Assembly: GCA_019057865.1 (NCBI GenBank)
Contig: JAHLWP010000002.1
Location: 96,001-160,000 of the forward strand
Reading direction: 5' to 3'
Origin: Promethearchaeota archaeon
GTDB lineage: Archaea; Asgardarchaeota; Lokiarchaeia; Sigyniarchaeales; SOKP01
Length of the DNA: 64,000 bases
Shown one piece after another: positions 60,287-64,000 of the stretch; position 1 is the stretch's first letter; each line of letters opens with the position of its first letter. The notes beneath the pieces are model-generated. The model searched no databases, was not told the origin of the DNA, and saw only the letters and a list, made by a program, of their open reading frames with translations. Both the position numbers and the translations under genes were made by a program.

Positions 60287-60310
60287 AAATAAAAGTAAAT
60301 TGTAATATAA

Positions 60311-60880
60311 TTAATCAAAATAGTCTTTTCTTGATATTCCTGCCCTTTTCAATATTTTTAACATTAAATATCCTAAAATACTTCCTGGAATGCTACTAGC
60401 TGCAAATAAAGCCCACCATATTACTAACGGATAGATAGGCGTTATGAAATAAGCAATTGTAGCACCGATAAAGACTGTTCCTATTGGTTCTGTTAAAGCA
60501 GCAATTTCTACATATTTTGGTCTTTTTTTCCATAAAACAAATGCTATTAATCCAACTACTATTGCTCCAGATATTCCTCCATGAAAGGCATGAATTGTTC
60601 CTATTCCCAGTGGAAATCTTAATGAGGCAATACTTACTGCTGCCATTACTGCAAAAGAAAATCCAACCAATACTCCCATTATTCCATTAATGAAATGAGC
60701 AAATGGGAAAATTTTAGCTCCCATGATTTCAAAGTAAGCAAAATAATTAATGTAACTTAGTACTAACCCCACTCCCACAAATATTCCCGTTGTTGCAACC
60801 TTTTTAGTCAGATTCTGTCTAATAGGGGGTACTTTTTCTGTATCTTTAGTGTTTTGATTTAATTTATCCAAACTCATCAA
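60311..60880 (-). CDS. thiW: ECF transporter S component, ThiW family
   Basis: FPFAHFIN, LGIGTIHAF.G, EPIGT, SSIPGS. Confidence 0.85.
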   Translation of the reverse strand: MMSLDKLNQNTKDTEKVPPIRQNLTKKVATTGIFVGVGLVLSYINYFAYFEIMGAKIFPFAHFINGIMGVLVGFSFAVMAAVSIASLRFPLGIGTIHAFHGGISGAIVVGLIAFVLWKKRPKYVEIAALTEPIGTVFIGATIAYFITPIYPLVIWWALFAASSIPGSILGYLMLKILKRAGISRKDYFD

Positions 60881-60963
60881 TTATAATTCATTGATTTAAT
60901 TTTATATAATATATATTTTTACATAAAATAAGATTTTCTTACTTCTTAGGAGAAGTGTGATAA

Positions 60964-61641
60964 ATGATTAAATTAGGAGAGTATACTATTAATCCTTCAA
61001 AAATTATTTGCATTGGCACAAATTATATGGATCATATCGAAGAAACTAAAATGGATATTCCAAAAGAGCCGGTCTTATTTCCAAAAACTCTAAATTGTTT
61101 AATTTTAGATAAAGATCCAATTATTTATCCAAAATACTTGTATAATAATCGAAAATATAATAGAGTCGATTATGAAGTAGAGTTAGCTTTTATTATAAAA
61201 AATAAATGCAAGTATGTAGCTATTGAGGATGCATATAATTATATCCTTGGATATACTGTTTTTAATGACATAACTGCTCGTAAAATGCAAGTTAAAGATA
61301 TTCTCTCAAAATTACCTTGGTATCGCTCTAAATCGTTTGACAGTTTCGCACCTATCGGTCCTCTTATAAAGGAGGTTAATGAAATCAAAGATCCTCATAA
61401 TTTAAAAATTGAATTAAAAGTAAATGGAAAGATTAAACAATCATCCAACACAAAACATTTATTATTTAAAGTACCTGAATTATTAGCTTATATTTCAAAA
61501 TTTTTCACAATGGAAGCTGGTGATATTATTGCTACTGGTACTCCTAGTGGTATTGGTCCAATAAAACCAGGAGATTTGATTGAAGCTACTATAGAGAAAA
61601 TTGGAACTCTTAAAAATAATGTAATTTTAGAAGGAGTATGA
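60964..61641 (+). CDS. Fumarylacetoacetate hydrolase family protein
   Basis: KIICIGTNY.DH, DYEVEL, NDITAR, KSFDSFAPIGP, ATGTPSG. Confidence 0.93.
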   Translation: MIKLGEYTINPSKIICIGTNYMDHIEETKMDIPKEPVLFPKTLNCLILDKDPIIYPKYLYNNRKYNRVDYEVELAFIIKNKCKYVAIEDAYNYILGYTVFNDITARKMQVKDILSKLPWYRSKSFDSFAPIGPLIKEVNEIKDPHNLKIELKVNGKIKQSSNTKHLLFKVPELLAYISKFFTMEAGDIIATGTPSGIGPIKPGDLIEATIEKIGTLKNNVILEGV

Positions 61642-62324
61642 TGTTTAATATGAAAGTAGGAACTTCTACAATTCACCCAACCAAAATAATTTGCTTAGGG
61701 AGAAATTATTTAGATCACATTCAAGAGACAAAAGCACCTATACCTACAGAACCTGTATTTTTTACGAAGACTTTAAACACACTTGTTACTAATAATGATC
61801 CAATAATATATCCAAAGCTTTTGTATGAAAATCCTAATTACAATAGAGTTGATCATGAAGTAGAACTTGCATTTATTATCTTTCAACCTTGTAAAAACAT
61901 TTCAGCAGTTAATGCATATGATTATATCAGGGGATATACTATTTTCCTTGATATAACCGCAAGAAAGATGCAAATTAGTGATCGAAACATAAAATTGCCC
62001 TGGTATAGAAGCAAAAATTTTGATACATTCGCACCTATAGGACCAGAGATAGTTTCCTGCCATGAGGTTGAGGATCCTCATAACCTCACGATCCAGTTAA
62101 AAGTAAATGGAGAATTAAGACAATTTTCTAACACAAAACACATGTTATTTAAAATTCCTGAAATCTTAGAGTATTTATCTAGATTTATAACTTTAAAAGC
62201 AGGGGATATAGTTGCAACTGGAACACCAAGTGGTGTATCACCTATTAAGCCAGGTGATATTATTGAAGCTTCAATTGAAAAAATTGGGACTATAGAACAT
62301 GAAGTAATCTTAGAGAGTGATTAA
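61638..62324 (+). CDS. Fumarylacetoacetate hydrolase family protein (tandem paralog)
   Basis: KIICLGRNY.DH, DHEVEL, DITAR, KNFDTFAPIGP, ATGTPSG. Confidence 0.93.
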   Translation: MMFNMKVGTSTIHPTKIICLGRNYLDHIQETKAPIPTEPVFFTKTLNTLVTNNDPIIYPKLLYENPNYNRVDHEVELAFIIFQPCKNISAVNAYDYIRGYTIFLDITARKMQISDRNIKLPWYRSKNFDTFAPIGPEIVSCHEVEDPHNLTIQLKVNGELRQFSNTKHMLFKIPEILEYLSRFITLKAGDIVATGTPSGVSPIKPGDIIEASIEKIGTIEHEVILESD

Positions 62325-62428
62325 TCTTTTAAAACTCACATTTAATTAAAGAATAATAAATAATTGATTTATTAAATTATACTTATAAACCTAAAAATTT
62401 TTTAAATAAAATCATTTTCTTTTTACTA

Positions 62429-62614
62429 ATGAATTCAGACGTTGATGAAGAAACAAAGAAGGAAATTTTTAAACTAATCTCAACCCCTGGAATTGAGATA
62501 GAAGATATTGTTGAACGAGTAAATCTAGATTATGATAAAGTCATGAAAATCTTGTCTGATGAATATTTACGAAATAATTTAGATTATGGTCGTCGTCTTT
62601 GTTGTAGATTTTAA
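62429..62614 (+). CDS. Small HTH-like hypothetical protein
   Basis: 61 aa; IFKLISTPGIEIEDIVERVNLDYDKVMKIL resembles a (winged) HTH. Confidence 0.6.
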   Translation: MNSDVDEETKKEIFKLISTPGIEIEDIVERVNLDYDKVMKILSDEYLRNNLDYGRRLCCRF

Positions 62615-62842
62615 AGTTAAAATATACCTTTAGGGGTATTTTAATAAAACTTTTTAACTTTTATTCATTTTTAAAAATACTAAGTTCAAAATGAATTTTT
62701 TAATGGCTTAGGACGTAATTGTAATACGGTTTCAATATATCATAGATATTGAAATATAAGAAAAGTATTTAATAATCCTATGTTCCTTTGCCTTGAAAAA
62801 TTGTATTGAATAATATTTTAATTGAAAACTAAAAGGATCAAA

Positions 62843-63340
62843 ATGAGTAAAAAGGGTAAAGTTGTAGTAAAAGCATTGGTTACAGGTGGAGCTGCATCAG
62901 GTGGTCCGCCTATCGGTCCAGCCGTTGGTCCAACAGGAATTAACATTAAAGACGTTGTTGACGTTGTTAATGAAAAGACAATGGTATTCAAAGGATTAAC
63001 AGTACCAGTAAGAATTGAATGTGATCCTGAAACGAAACAATTTGAAATTTTCGTTGAAACACCAAGTACGGCTTCATTGCTTCTAAAAGAACTCGGTGTA
63101 GAGAAGGGTTCCTCAAACCGTTTAGAAGATAAAGTAGGAGATTTAACATTAGAGCAAATTCAAAATGTAACTAGAGCTAAAAGAGATATTTTTTTAGATA
63201 AAACCTACAAAACAAGCATAAAGACAGTTTTAGGAACAGCCTTGTCTATTGGTGTTACTGTAGAAGGTGAAGATCCAAAAGCGATTCAAAAAAAACTTGA
63301 TAATGGAGAATATGATGATATTATTAAGGAGGAAGGATAA
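62843..63340 (+). CDS. rpl11: 50S ribosomal protein L11
   Basis: GGAASGGPPIGPAVGPTGIN, KGLTVPV, PSTASLL, LGTALSIGV. Confidence 0.97.
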   Translation: MSKKGKVVVKALVTGGAASGGPPIGPAVGPTGINIKDVVDVVNEKTMVFKGLTVPVRIECDPETKQFEIFVETPSTASLLLKELGVEKGSSNRLEDKVGDLTLEQIQNVTRAKRDIFLDKTYKTSIKTVLGTALSIGVTVEGEDPKAIQKKLDNGEYDDIIKEEG

Positions 63341-63343
63341 AAT

Positions 63344-64000
63344 ATGAAAGTAGACGATAAATTACTAAGTAGATCCCTTAATGCAGCCATTGAATTTTCG
63401 GTTTTAAAAAAAGAAGGACACAAAGATAAAGTAAGGAAATTTGATGAGACAATCGATCTCATCTTAAACATTAAAGATGTGAATCTTAATGATCCAAAGG
63501 CTAGAATTGATAAAGAATTAATACTTCCAAATGCGGTTATTACAACAGATAAACCAAATATCTGTGTAATTGCTTCTGATGAGATATTATTAGAAGCTAA
63601 AAAATCAGGTTTAGATACTCTTGACCGTGAAGGTTTAGCAAGGATAAACAATGAAGAAAAAAAATATAAGAAAAAATTCGTAAAGAAGTATGACTTCTTT
63701 GTAGTTGAGGATAAAGAAATGAGAAATGTTGCTAGGTATCTAGCGCGTTTTTTGGGACCAATTGGAAAAATGCCTAAACCTTTTCCTAGCGGATATGGAA
63801 TTATCTCATCAGTAAACGAATTAAATACGGCTATTGAGCGATATAAAAAGATTATTAGAGTTCAAATGAAGAAAAAACCAGTAATTCAAGTAAAAGTTGG
63901 TAAAAAATCTATGGATTCAAATGATTTACTTGAAAATATGAAAGCCGTGGTAGATTATATTATAGATCTAATGCCACATAAATATAATAATATTAAATCA
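63344..64000 (+). CDS. rpl1: 50S ribosomal protein L1 (runs off the window end)
   Basis: ATG at 63344; RKFDETIDLILNIKDV, LARFLGPIGKMPKP, QVKVGKKSM; follows rpl11. Confidence 0.95.
   Translation, partial: MKVDDKLLSRSLNAAIEFSVLKKEGHKDKVRKFDETIDLILNIKDVNLNDPKARIDKELILPNAVITTDKPNICVIASDEILLEAKKSGLDTLDREGLARINNEEKKYKKKFVKKYDFFVVEDKEMRNVARYLARFLGPIGKMPKPFPSGYGIISSVNELNTAIERYKKIIRVQMKKKPVIQVKVGKKSMDSNDLLENMKAVVDYIIDLMPHKYNNIKS

Overview
AT-rich (roughly 30% GC by eye) archaeal chromosomal segment, very probably from a Lokiarchaeia/Asgard archaeon. Support: an ether-lipid operon (GGGP synthase, geranylgeranyl reductase, polyprenol kinase), archaeal rps2/rpl11/rpl1, a single-domain gelsolin protein and a Loki-type IPGY-TM-basic C-terminal sorting tail. 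Housekeeping blocks (lipids, shikimate pathway, tmk, adk, ribosomal proteins) alternate with accessory patches. Main observations: (1) a two-gene module of a ParB-HTH-DUF488 fusion plus a CxAG/WIR partner; (2) two inserts flanked by a displaced, diverged copy of the 3' end of the neighbouring housekeeping gene (cooC and aroD), the cooC one carrying a zinc-ribbon endonuclease plus a decayed second copy of it; (3) a truncated ABC-type ATPase joined to the C-terminal half of a divergent PCNA paralog; (4) four tandem LITAF-like zinc/membrane proteins; (5) a gelsolin protein with a C-terminal SAP/HeH-like domain; (6) a radical SAM/DUF4130 pair with PIP-box-like tails; (7) a decayed queG-like + ilvD pair; (8) three genes whose homology implies ATT starts. 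No CRISPR array, rRNA or tRNA was seen. All family calls come from motif recognition by eye; no database search was run.
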